A stretch of DNA of 63,242 nt, counting the filler, from Octopus bimaculoides (lineage: Eukaryota), in assembly GCF_001194135.2 (NCBI RefSeq). It is 7 parts of 7 records of this genome, joined end to end, with 100 filler letters (N's around TTAATTAATTAA, not from the genome) between each part and the next. Parts side by side here need not be neighbours in the genome. Positions count along the whole stretch, not along the records: positions 48,255 to 54,616 come from NC_068981.1; positions 54,717 to 63,242 come from NC_068989.1; 5 more parts are not named here. One strand, given 5' to 3'. This document shows, in pieces, positions 51,787 to 63,242 of the stretch. Under the pieces are notes generated by a model, which ran no database searches, was not told the origin of the DNA, and was given only the letters and a program-made list of their open reading frames with translations. Position numbers and translations under genes: made by a program. How positions within the stretch are numbered: the stretch's first letter is position 1; every line of letters starts with the position of its first letter.

Positions 51787-52030
51787 TCTCTCTTTTACTC
51801 TTTTACTTGTTTCAGTCATTTGACTGCNNNNNNNNNNNNNNNNNNNNNNNNNNNNNNNNNNNNNNNNNNNNNNNNNNNNNNNNNNNNNNNNNNNNNNNNN
51901 NNNNNNNNNNNNNNNNNNNNNNNNNNNNNNNNNNNNNNNNNNNNNNNNNNNNNNNNNNNNNNNNNNNNNNNNNNNNNNNNNNNNNNNNNNNNNNNNNNNN
52001 NNNNNNNNNNNNNNNNNNNNNNNNNNNTAT

Positions 52031-52258
52031 ATAAAATTTGAAGAAAAGCAACAAAAATGTATTAGGTTATAGGAGTACGTACGTTTCGTACAAACTTCAT
52101 TTATCTATGTAGTGAGAACACCACATAAGATGTGCAATGAAAATATACTCATCAGCTGCATAATGGAAGCTCATTTCAGAAAGTCATTTTGTAAATGTGT
52201 GCAAATACAAGAGTAGGAGATGAAGAAAATACCCTCTTGATTGGGCTGTTAATTAACA
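52031..52258. mobile_element. Left half of the foldback element seen at 14269-14598
   Basis: Collinear high-identity match to 14269-14500 that stops at the loop. Confidence 0.85.
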
Positions 52259-52259
52259 G

Positions 52260-53109
52260 TTAAACAGCTGTGGGCCCTTGAAATCCAGGCTATTGCAGTA
52301 CATCGTCCTTGCCCAAGATGAAGCAGTCAGCATAGTGGGAACAGCACAGTGGTCTTGTATAGCTCTTTATTCCAAAGTTTGGTACAAGTCCTTCCAGTAT
52401 CTTCCATATATATATATCATTGCATACCTCTCCCGCCTTTATTCCAGGGAATAGAGTCGTAGCTCTTTCAATCTGTCCCAGTAGCTCATTCGTTCCATTA
52501 ATGCAATTTTCTTTGTGTAATGTCGTTGGACTGTTTCAAGCTCTGCTATCGTCCTTGTAGTATAAGGTGACTATCGCTGAGAGCAGTAGTCCAGTCGGCT
52601 GAGGATAAATGACTTCCATAGTGTCATCATAGTTTCTTGGTCCCTTGTCCGGAAGATTCTCAGAATCCAACTGGCCAGTCTTCTGGATACTGCTACCATT
52701 TAGTTGATATGTGTGTGAAATGAGGAATTGTTGCTCATTTCTATTCCAAGATCATGCACCGTTGCTCCACTTGGTCCAACTTACTGATGTCGTGATTCCT
52801 GAGCAGTGCTTAACTGGTAGCGGAGGGCCTGGAATTTACTTGCATTAAATTGCATGTTGTTATCCTCAGCTCATGTATAGATGGCATCTAGATCTTTCTG
52901 CAAGAGTGTAGTATCAGAGATTTCCTTAACTGACTGTGCGACTTTTGTATCATTGGCATAGCTGGTATGCATGGTTGCCTCTGTCACTGGTGGAATATCC
53001 GATAGGGCTACCATGAAAAGCAGTGGCCCCAGCACAGTGCCCTGGGAAACTCCACTCACTATTGGTGTCTCCGTGGAGAGAGCTCCGTTGGCTGCTACAG
53101 TTTGGCTCG
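52260..53109 (-). mobile_element. CR1-type LINE, RT C-terminal half to 3' region
   Basis: SQTVAANG...SGVSQGTVLGPLLF...SYANDTK...LQKDLDAIY...FNASKFQALRY...DFKGPQLF. Confidence 0.85.
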
Positions 53110-54557
53110 CCCACCAGATGCGCCTGATCATGAGAACTCATTTGAAGAGTGCCTCCAAAAAATGAGATGTTTTGACGAACCTTGAGAACGACCTGCACAT
53201 ATTTCTCTTAGGGTATTTCAATCTCCTTCATGTAAAATGGCCAGAGGGTTGTCCCCTTTCAAATATGTCATTTCAAAATCGAAAGCATGCAGAGTCTTTG
53301 CTTGACTTCACTGACGCACTCTTTATGGAGCAGATGGTGCATCACCCCACAAGGGGAAAGAAATCCTGGACCTATGTTTCACAAACAGCTCAGCAGTCAT
53401 ACATGACGTGAAAGTGACACCGACGCGTTTTTCGGACCATAATTTAATAGAACTAGTGATGTGTGGACCACAAAAGACCACGGACATACGAAATACTAGA
53501 AATGCTCATCTCTAGCCTGAATTTCCACAAAGCTGACTGGAAGGGCATTGAGAAAGAGGTCCTGAAATGTAACTGGTCCAACATCCTCTCTGGGGAAAAC
53601 ATCGACATAAAACTACAGAACTTCATGGCAACCATAAATGATTTCTGCAGTAAGTTTACCCCAAAGAGAACACCCAATCAATGGGCGAAGAAAATATAAT
53701 ACCCAGGGATACGAGGGTACTAATGAGATGAAGTGCAAACATCTCAAGCCGTCTAAATGCACATCTAAAAGATTTCAAACGACTCCACCTCGAATGCACC
53801 TTACTTGAGTTTGAAAACGCACTCAAACATTCCGATGAAAAGTAAACCAGGGCTATCAAAAACATTAAAGTGGACCCTAAGGCCTTCTATAGATATGCAA
53901 AAGAATCAGTGAATCCAGAGGATCAGTGAATTACTGAATGCACAATACAAGAGTGCTTTCAGTATACCGCTAGGGAAGCTACGAGTGACTGTGCCGGATA
54001 GATTCTTTGACTCCGAAGACACGCATTGTGAAATGGCAACTATTGATAACATGAACATACAGGAAACTGATGTGATATCATCCATTGAAGAGCTGAGCTC
54101 GAACTCGGCAACGGGACCTGATGGATTCCCTGCAACCCCACTAAAGAAATGTAAAAGAGCTCTAGCTAGACCGCTTCAAATCGTTTTCCAGGAGTTCCTC
54201 AAGATGGGGAAACTCCCCAAAAAACTAAAAGAGGGAATAATATGCCCTGTCCATAAGGGAGGAATCAGGGCAGAGGCTAGAAAATATAGACCTGTCTCCC
54301 TGACCTCCCACGCCATGGCGCGCATTGTCAGGAAAAGACTGATTGAGTTCCTTGAGGATAATGACCTGCTCTCTGACACCCAACATGGCTTTCGTCCGGG
54401 AAGGAGCTATCTTAGACAACTTCTGCGACATTATGACTGGGTACTGAAGCAATTAATGAACTGTTCAGAGATGGATGTGGTAGACCTCGACTTTGTGAAG
54501 GCATTTGACAAGGTCAACCAGGGAATAATATGCCACAAAATACGGGGAGTCGGCATC
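53108..54557 (+). mobile_element. CR1-type LINE, APE C-terminus to RT N-terminal half (inverted 5' segment)
   Basis: RPPDAP...LGYFNL...DHNLIEL...SATGPDGFP...KYRPVSLTSH...QHGFRPGRS...DLDFVKAFDKVNQGIICHKIRGVGI. Confidence 0.9.
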
Positions 54558-54582
54558 TATCTCTGAGAGATTTAGAAATGTA

Positions 54583-54616
<34 letters not shown>

Positions 54617-54716
54617 NNNNNNNNNNNNNNNNNNNNNNNNNNNNNNNNNNNNNNNNNNNNTTAATTAATTAANNNNNNNNNNNNNNNNNNNNNNNNNNNN
54701 NNNNNNNNNNNNNNNN

Positions 54717-54752
<36 letters not shown>

Positions 54753-54904
54753 GTACATATATATACATATATGTATTAACGTATATATATATATATATAT
54801 ATATAAATAATACAGAATGGGACAAGAACGCAAAGCATCCAGACAGGTGATACAGGAAAGGAACAAAACATACAGATAGACGATACAAAGAAAACACTGA
54901 CAGG

Positions 54905-57900
54905 TCATTCGACACCTTATCACACTCCAGGCAGCGCCAGATATACCTCAACCTCAACGCATGTCTGCGCAACATTAACCAGGGCATCCATAACCCACCC
55001 TTTAGCGGTTCCTGGCAGCAAATAGAGCGCCTCACAAGTGGCTTTCCTCCCTTCCACAATACGCGGAAGAAGTGTCGCTCCAACTTGTTCAGCCACGAGT
55101 CGGGGCTAGGGACAACGGTCTGGCGGTAGGTGATTACAGATGCAATAAACACCTGTATCACCTCTGCCCTTCCTTTCAAGGACAGAGACCTTCTGGACAA
55201 GGTCCGTACTAGGAACTCCAACCTGTCTGCCATCTCGCTAAAATTTTTCTCCTTCTGGGAGTCTGGTCCAAACCAAACTCCAAGAAACTTAACAGGACCA
55301 TCTGTCCAGTGACCCATGACACTGGACGATATCGATTTGCTCCTCCAGGTGCCGAGGCGCAAGCGGATGGACTTGTCCTAGTTAACAATTGCCCCTATCC
55401 TCTGATAGCTTCTTCTACACAAGGTAGCTGAGCTTCATTGGACACGATGATGGTGATGTCATCCGCGTAAGCAGAGACCGATCTACTGCAACCGATTTCC
55501 TTGGGTGCACCCACCACCAATTCTCCAATTTCCGCAGTAATGGCTCAAACGCCAACACGTACAGAAGCGGAGACAAGGGACACCCTTGACGAACTGAACG
55601 CTTGATCAAAAACGGCCCCAACAGGTAGCCGTTTATCTGGACTGTGGATTTGATGCCGCTATACATGGCGGAGATCCAACCACGGAAGTCAGGGCCCAGC
55701 CCTGCCGCTTCAAGGACCACCGCCAGGTACTGATGGTCTATCCTATCAAACGCTTTACTTTGGTCTAAATGGACCAGTGCCCCACCTTTGCCGGTTAATT
55801 TCCCCAACCTGTCTAAGGTGTAGCGGATAAGGTGAAGATTGTCCTGGATCGACCTTCCTGGAATGGCGCATGTCTGCGCCTTCCCTACAAGTTTCTCTAG
55901 GACACGCGTCAACCTTAAGCTAACAGCTTGGCCAAAATCTTTAACTCTACATTGAGTAGAGTTATGGGCCTTTAAATAATTATAATATCCCCCTTGCTCG
56001 GGTCCTTCAGGATAAGCGTCACTACTCTCCGACTCAAAGAGNNNNNNNNNNNNNNNNNNNNNNNNNNNNNNNNNNNNNNNNNNNNNNNNNNNNNNNNNNN
56101 NNNNNNNNNNNNNNNNNNNNNNNNNNNNNNNNNNNNNNNNNNNNNNNNNNNNNNNNNNNNNNNNNNNNNNNNNNNNNNNNNNNNNNNNNNNNNNNNNNNN
56201 NNNNNNNNNNNNNNNNNNNNNNNNNNNNNNNNNNNNNNNNNNNNNNNNNNNNGTGTAGACGCTGGCTAGCAAGTTTCCGAACAAGTCCGGCATGCTACGA
56301 TAAAACTCTTAGGGTAGACCATCCAGCCCCGGCGACTTTTCCCCGGCGCACTCGGCCAATGCCTCTTTGACATCTACAGCTGTAATCGGCCCTTCACAGC
56401 ACCTCGCCTCCCGTGCCGAGAGTCGCGGCCCGCCGGTGAGGACGCCTTTTAGGAACTCCCCACGCTCTAGCACGCCGCCTTGCCCGAACAACCGTGCGAA
56501 ATGCTGATGAAAGGCTTTGTGCATCTCATCCTGTCCATAGATCTTGCGCCCCTGTTCGTCTGTTAAAGATTTTATGGAAGCTCTTTTACCCCTCTGACTC
56601 TTCACACGACGTGCCCTTCCGGCAACATTAATACCTTCTCGCCTCACTGCACATAGCTTAGCTCTAACTCTGCAGCCTTCGTGCTTGGCGTTGAGGTGAC
56701 AGTACAAGACCGTTCTCACAGCCAGCACTCTAGATGCAGAGCCAGATTCCAAGGCCTTGTCTAAGTTCTTAACTAAGTCACCCTCTATTCTAGATCTATC
56801 TAAATCTAACAGACTCTAAACGAATGGCTCTCTTGAGGGCTTGTCACCATCTATTAATAATGATGGCGCCACATAGTACCCTCTGTACTAACTCCTTAAT
56901 CCGGGCACGGAAGGCTTTACAAGTCAAAATAGACTTGTTCATCTTCCAGTACCCGGGTCCCTATCTATAGTATTTATCTAAGTGTACCTCACACGTCACA
57001 AATTTGTGATCTGTGTAAGGTACTATATCAAATTGTGGACAACTAACAATATCCTTATCGCTATCTCTAACGAATACCCTATCTATGTAAAATCTGCGAG
57101 AGCCGTCGTTATTACTCCACGTCCACTGGGGAACGAACGGCTCATCCAGTCTGTAACGGTCTACTAGATTATAGCTCTCTTCATAATGTCTTTCAATTAT
57201 GAAATTCTCTTAACTTTTGGGTTTGGGTGTCCTATATTTCACTATAAACATTACTTCTGTTTGTGTTTTGCATGTTTGTGTTTGTTGTCTCTTGCCTTTC
57301 CTGTAATTGTATTTCTGTGTCTGTGTTTGTTTGACTGTAATTTTGTGTGTTTCGTCTGTGTGTCTATGTTTTTAGGTTTCTGTAATTCTGAGTTATCTTG
57401 CTTATGTTTATCTATATTTCTGTGCTTTTGTATGTCTATGAGTTTGTGTGTCTGCGGGTCTGAATGTTTCTGTACTTGTAATTCCTATACTAGTGATCCT
57501 ACTGGTAAATCTTCCTCGCTTCTCGTCGTAGGTTGGATTATCTCTTCAATCGCTTTGTACTTCTGTTCCACCATCGTTGGTGACTTCTTTCTCTCTCCTT
57601 ATCTTGCTTTCACCTCCGCAAAATCACCGTCTTGCTCTGTTATCTGTTTCTGCTGTTTCTCTATTATTACATTCTCCTGAATACTCCCCTCTACAACTTC
57701 CACTGCTTCTCCAGGGTATTTCCTTCTCAAGTGCCCTCTTTCACCACATTCGCAACACTTTGGAGGTCCTCATTTGGCAGCTCCAAAGTTTCAGGCATTT
57801 CGTTACAATATTTCATCTCCAATAAATCAACTCCAATCCGCAGCCCCATAACTTCACTTGCTGGGTTCTGCCCATCATACCCATCCTCACCTCCTCGCTT

Positions 57901-58250
57901 TCCCACCCCATCTTCGAACAAAAAATCGCCGCCACCATCCACTCTGGATCTATCCAAGGTGGGATTCCTGCCACCCTAATTCTTACAATTCGCTTATCCA
58001 AGCAGTCTGGCATCAATGTCCATTTCTCCCCCTGCATCAACCTGCTGGAGGCCCTTTCCGCCTCTTCTTCCGATACAAAGGCTACCACGTCAGACGCACA
58101 TCTCCTTCCTCTCGTAAAGAACCCTATGCAGTCTTCTATACCGCTTTACAAAATTTCTTCAATTTCTTCCTGCGATGCGTCTTCAATTCTTTTGTTTTTA
58201 CTTGAAAATGTTCTGAACACTACCGTTCCCCTCTCCTCTTTCACCCCTTC
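54905..58250 (-). mobile_element. Tx1/L1-clade LINE, near full length but degenerate (ORF1 with zinc knuckle, partial APE, RT)
   Basis: ORF1 ...VAFVSEEEAERA...RIRVAGIPPWI...GPPKCCECGERGHLRRKYP; APE end LVDRYRLD...YIDRVFV...YTDHKFV...GPGYWKMN; KSPGLDGLP; LDQSKAFDRIDH; VRQGCPLSPLLY; YADD; KFLGVWF. Confidence 0.9.
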
Positions 58251-58269
58251 CTCATCTGGCAGGGTCAGT

Positions 58270-58491
58270 TTTATAAAACAAGGAACAACTGATGAAGGGA
58301 ACGTTCTTTATGCTACCTGTCTCGTTTCTCTATTTGTTTCTTTCGTTGTTCGAAAAAAGTTCATTTTCTGTTTTTGTTTTTTATGTTCTCGTTTCTCATT
58401 TTGTTGACGTTTTTTATGTCCTGTACCTATATATGCATGTATATGTACATATATATGTAGGTATGTACATATACGTATGTATATACGCATA

Positions 58492-58500
<9 letters not shown>
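58270..58500 (+). repeat. Family X PLE-like tail, copy 3
   Basis: caaCTGATGAAgggaacgttctttatg...ctcattttgttgacgttttt..tgtcctgtacc...gtaggtatgtaca, then (TA)n. Confidence 0.7.
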
Positions 58501-58533
<33 letters not shown>

Positions 58534-59030
58534 TATATATATATTCTACATGTATAGTCAACAGATGAGATCTAGAAACTCTCGACATAGAAAACAGTGC
58601 TCAAATGATTCTAAATTAGAGTGCGTCTTTACGAGGGACCAGTACCGCGTGGTAAAGTGCGGTTCTAAGAGAGATCTGTGTTTGTGTGTGTGTGTGAGTG
58701 TTTGAGGCACGAATATTATGAATATCTTCACGTTCGTACGGATGCACGCGCGCTCGTACACACACACCTACTGAGATACAACATACAAAGACATATCCCT
58801 TCCGTTTGTATTTTTTTTTTTCTCTTAATGTATGTTAATTTATTTACATGATACACGTGTTACTCGTCTTAGCATCAATACACAAGTCGCTGTAGGTGTT
58901 GCTGATTCTTCTACTGATGTTAATTTGTAATGCGGTCATTGTCCAACGCTGTCGTTTTTTTGTATTTGTGTTTGTCTGTTCAGTCAACGCGCGTGTGTCT
59001 ATATGTGTGTGTCTATATGTGTGTGTGTAT

Positions 59031-59063
<33 letters not shown>

Positions 59064-59379
59064 TGTGGGTGTGTGTGTGTGTATCTGCGTCTTCAAGTGT
59101 TTCTGCGTATGTATTTACACTGTATAAAGTTTGTGTACAAATATGTGCACTTTCCGTGTGCGCCTTTGGAGCGGTATTTTTTTTGTTTGCATTTGTATAC
59201 CTGTGTGCTTGTGTATGTGTGTGCGTGTGTATGTGTGTATGTGTGTGTGTGTGTTTTCTGAGCCTTTGTGTGTTTGTGTATGCTCGCGCATTCGTATGTG
59301 CGTCTAAGCATCTATGTGCGTTTGTGCGTGTGTGTGCGCTTGTGCTTTTCCCGTGTGTGTGCCTGCGTCTGTATACGCA

Positions 59380-59410
<31 letters not shown>

Positions 59411-60094
59411 CGTCTCTGTGCGTTTTGTGTATGTGAATCTGTGTTTCTAATGTATTTACGTTTTGCAGTCAGTCTACGCGCGCGCATGTCTCTGACCATG
59501 TGCGCGTGAGTGAACGACGTTGGCTGGGTTGTTTTTCGATTCTTCCATCCCATCATACCTTGCACGAATATCTACGCAACACGCCATTGTCACCCAGTAT
59601 AATATTATAATGCTTTGTCATTATTATTTTCGTGCGTTGTTGTTGTTGTTGTTGTCTTATTCACTGGTCAGTCCTGCTGTCAATTTTATATTGTTGTTGT
59701 TTTTTAACCTGCCCCTGTTCCCCCCTCCCCTCGCCAGGTCATTGTTATTGTAACAGCTATCTGATGTCGCTAACGCTCTTTTTCTTTCAATTTTTGTCTT
59801 ATTATTTTCTTCCTTTTTTTTTACTATATTTACTTCATCTTTTTTTTTTTTCTTTTTCTTAATTGTTTGATTACCCAATTCTAGGTTCTGCATTCCTTTT
59901 GTTCTGCACGTTTAATGCCTGTTTGTTGGCCACCTCTACTAAAAGCACCTTTGCCCATCACCACCACCACCACCACCGCCGCCGCCGCCACCACCACTCC
60001 TACAGCCATTATTATTACCACAGTCATCATACTATTATTGTAATCGCTTGTTCCAAGACCAAATACACTCACTCAGACTTACGCACCAAATTCC

Positions 60095-60470
60095 TTTACT
60101 CTTTTACTTGTTTTCAGTCTTTGGACTACGGCCATACTGGGGCACCGACGTGGCAGGTTTCAATCGAAGAAATGACCTCCAGTACTTATTTATTGTATTC
60201 TTTTATTGTTTTATACGTTTCAATCATTTGACTGTCGCCATGCTGGAGCACTGCTTTGAAGGATTTTAGTCGAACAAATCGTCCCCAGGACTTATTCTTT
60301 GTAAGCCTAGTACTTATTCTATCGGCTTCTTTTAGTTTCCGTCTACCAAATCCACTCACAGGGCTTTGGCCGGCCCGAGGCTATAGTGGAAGACACTTGC
60401 CTAAGGTACCACGCAGTGGCACTGAACCCGAGGACATGTGGTTGGGAAGCAAGCTACTTACCACACAGCC
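60095..60470 (-). mobile_element. Cluster of SINE family C (two pieces) and family B copies
   Basis: ttttacttgttttcagtc...ggccatactggggcacc; gccatgctggagcactgc...tcgtccccaggacttattc; tttcagtttccgtctaccaaatcc-type family B body. Confidence 0.75.
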
Positions 60471-60682
60471 ATCATCATTATTTTTTTATTTTGCTATTTT
60501 TTATTGTGATAGCTGGATACTTTTTCTTTCAGTGTCTTTTACCAAAACGCTATGTAAGACAAAAAGGACTGAATGTATGCAGAATTTATTTATAATGGTG
60601 TTGCTGTCTTCTTTGCTGTTTACTCTGAGTTTCACGATACATACATACATACATACAAATGTATTTATGTATGCATTTACAC

Positions 60683-60713
<31 letters not shown>

Positions 60714-60879
60714 TATCTTTTGCGGGGGATAGGCAAATCTATTGTTTAACGTTTACGACGCACTATCTCTTACTACAGCTAAATGGAACTGAACTTGTAA
60801 TGAACTCCTACAATGTTTATGTTACGTTCACACAATAGGATCGTTGTCAGCAGAAACTTGCTAACCTTCTGTACTTACC

Positions 60880-62345
60880 ACGTCTTTAACCATATTCTTT
60901 GCAGTGAAGGTTCTACGTCGTCTTGTACTGCTCCTGTTCTCATATCATCAGCTCCTCATTAGACAAACTTTCTCTATGGTATCCTAGCAACTCAGACATA
61001 TCACATGCGGCTTCTTAAAGTCCTACATCATTTTGAATATGGAAATCTTGGGACGTCATCGCTACAATGTAGCCGTATGCTTTTATATACCCTTGCATAA
61101 CAGAGGAGCAGGGTTTACAACTTACCTTGGTGCGGCTGTCATTCTCTGTTGTTGGCACTCCGTCGCTTACGACGTCGAGGGTTCCAGTTGATCCGATCAA
61201 TGGAACAGCCTGCTCGTGAAATTAACGTGCAAGTGGCTGAGCACTCCACAGACACGTGTACCCTTAACGTAGTTCTCGGGGATATTCAGCGTGACGCAGT
61301 GTGACAAGGCTGACCCTTTGAATTGCAGGCACAACAAAAACAGGAAGTAAGAGTGAGAGGAAGTTGTGGTGAAAGAGTACAGCAGGGTTCGCCACCATCC
61401 CCTGCGGGAGCCTCGTGGAGCTTTAGGTGCTTTCGCTCAATAAACACTCACAACGCCCGGTCTGGGTATCGAAACAGCGATCCTATGACCTTGAGTCCGC
61501 TGCCCTAACCACTGGGCCATTGCGCCTCCACTGTCATTCTTTACATACATCATGTTAAACTATTTTTAAAAGTCGCTAACTGTAGATTTATACTCTCCAT
61601 GTTCTTTCTCGAAAATACCAGCTGAACGTACCTACTGGGTGGAGTAAAGAAATTCTATTCTAAGTTTATATTCCATTCTCACAAACATCACTTATGTTTG
61701 CAAGATGTCTTGATGTATTGTCTAAAAGGTACAATGCTTCGATGGAAATATCTCACCTGGTATTACACTGTTCTATAGTTTACTATAGCAGAGCCAAAGA
61801 AACTTAGTAGAACAGTCATCGAAAAAGCCTATTATCCAAGCCTACTTATTTGAGCTTTAGATCACAGGTAGATAAATTTTAGCGTAGACAAAGAAGACCA
61901 TTGCATTTTGAAACAGATACACAATTAAGGGTTTTAATTTTGTATTAACAGCTGCCTTTCCTTCCCGAAATCAGACGAATTTTCGAAACGTTAAAGTCTG
62001 GTGCTAATGTATTTTCACTAGAAAGTTCTAGTAGACAAGCATCTCTAGAAAAATCTGTTTTATCAAAATTGTGTCCCTGTACTAAAGCGCTGCCTCTTTC
62101 AGCTATAGATTTTCTGCAGATCCTCAGGATAATTAATAGCAACCACTGTATCAGTACTGGCTGGATGTCGACCCACAAACTTCAAGATTTTGTGTACTTA
62201 AAGCAATACTTCTACCGAATATGGTAGCAACACTTATGGTACCACTTATGGTAGCATCAAGTCGAAAATGTCTATCGGTGTTGTTAGGATTACAGAAATA
62301 TAGTTTGAGATAATCGAGAAACAAAACGCCATGGGTGACTTTAAC
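60880..62345 (-). mobile_element. Decayed Tigger/pogo transposon interrupted by a SINE
   Basis: ASTDTVVAINYPEDLQKI...ENTLAPDFNVSKIRLI...KLKPLIVY...LPVI*SSNK*AW...; after the SINE, DMSELLGYHRESLSNEELM. Confidence 0.75.
61148..61529 (-). mobile_element. Full-length SINE family D inserted in the Tigger element
   Basis: High-identity end-to-end match to 31530-31914. Confidence 0.9.
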
Positions 62346-62375
62346 TCTCACCTGATCTCCAGACACACACACGTT

Positions 62376-62432
<57 letters not shown>

Positions 62433-62643
62433 TATGCTTCAGAACGAAGCTTTAGTCGAGTACAGAGTGATAGCAAGCCGATGAGATGACAAAGCAATAA
62501 ACAATTATCTTATGAAATTCATTAGCTTACAAACGATGAACTTCATTAGCTCACGGCCAATCAAGTTTATAAAATAATCTCGTTTATTCTTTGATTCTTA
62601 CACTCAGACCCTCCCACCACACATATATATGAAGTAAAAAGTA

Positions 62644-62896
62644 AAAAGTAAAAGAGTCAAAAGGAAGAGTGAGAGTAGCTTTTTAATAATCACTACAAAT
62701 GTTTCGATACACATAGATCCACATATATACAGGATTTAAATTTAAATTTAAATTTAAATTAAATTATGTAACGATTTGTCTGTATAAGAACATCCATATA
62801 TGTATCTGTTCAGGCGATAATTAATTGCTGTCTCCGTAAGTAAATCTAGATTATTAAAAAGCTTCTCTTACTCTTCCATTTGACTCTTTTACTTTT
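62644..62896. repeat. 48-bp inverted repeat (62644-62691 and 62849-62896)
   Basis: aaaagtaaaagagtcaaaaggaagagtgagagtagctttttaataatc versus gattattaaaaagcttctcttactcttccatttgactcttttactttt: 3 mismatches. Confidence 0.85.
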
Positions 62897-63044
62897 TTCT
62901 TATTTTCGCACACGAGGAATACCTAAGACTAGAATTGGTAGCATACCACAATAATACTACCGGCTATTTGGGAATTCTAAGGGTGAACGAGCTCTATTTG
63001 TACTCTAATACGTTTTTAACAGAACACACCTCAACTGACAAACG

Positions 63045-63225
63045 CCAGTGTTATAATGGTGGCAGCTGATGAAGGAAATGTTCTCTATGTGGCCTGTCTG
63101 TTTTTGTACCTTGTTTATCATTTTGTCCATGTTTTTTGCAACGTCATGTACCCAGATATGTATCTATATGTACATGTAGATGAAGGTATGTACTTGTACA
63201 TATATATGCATATACTCATATATAT
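63045..63225 (+). repeat. Family X PLE-like tail, copy 4
   Basis: aatggtggcagCTGATGAAggaaatgttctctatgtggcc...aacgtcatgtacccagatatgtatctatatgtacatgtagatg, then (TA)n. Confidence 0.75.
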
Positions 63226-63242
63226 ATATATATATATATATA

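Noticed and set aside
58896-59565. Cys/Val- or His/Thr-rich ORFs
   Set aside because: Translations of a degenerate (GT/CA)n microsatellite field.
61941-62216. 91-codon plus-strand open frame after an acceptor-like ttaacag
   Set aside because: The opposite strand is a recognisable Tigger transposase, and there is no good donor.

Overview
AT-rich, gap-ridden animal genomic window, most likely an octopus draft assembly (inferred from the SINE families, the microsatellite load and the fixed 100-bp gap spacers). It is mostly decayed mobile DNA. Retroelements: Penelope-like elements (PLE: RT and GIY-YIG fragments), CR1-type, RTE, Tx1/L1 and Dong/R4 LINEs, plus several tRNA-derived SINE families. 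DNA transposons: Tc1, mariner, DD37D and Tigger/pogo. No ORF in the supplied track is an intact host gene. The only host-exon candidate is a minus-strand terminal exon at 33320-33450 ending ...IEDVD*. The most interesting signal is a set of minimal type I hammerhead ribozyme motifs. Two have intact cores (15427-15472 +, 24456-24500 -) and three are variant or decayed (15195-15238 -, 48483-48519 +, 48748-48794 -). One family sits in a short tRNA-headed element present as a head-to-head pair, resembling a SINE/retrozyme hybrid. Also notable are twin-priming-like 5' inversions in a CR1-type and an RTE LINE, Dong/R4 copies abutting (TAA)n, and several long foldback repeats. All calls come from manual reading, and boundaries are approximate unless exact bases are quoted.
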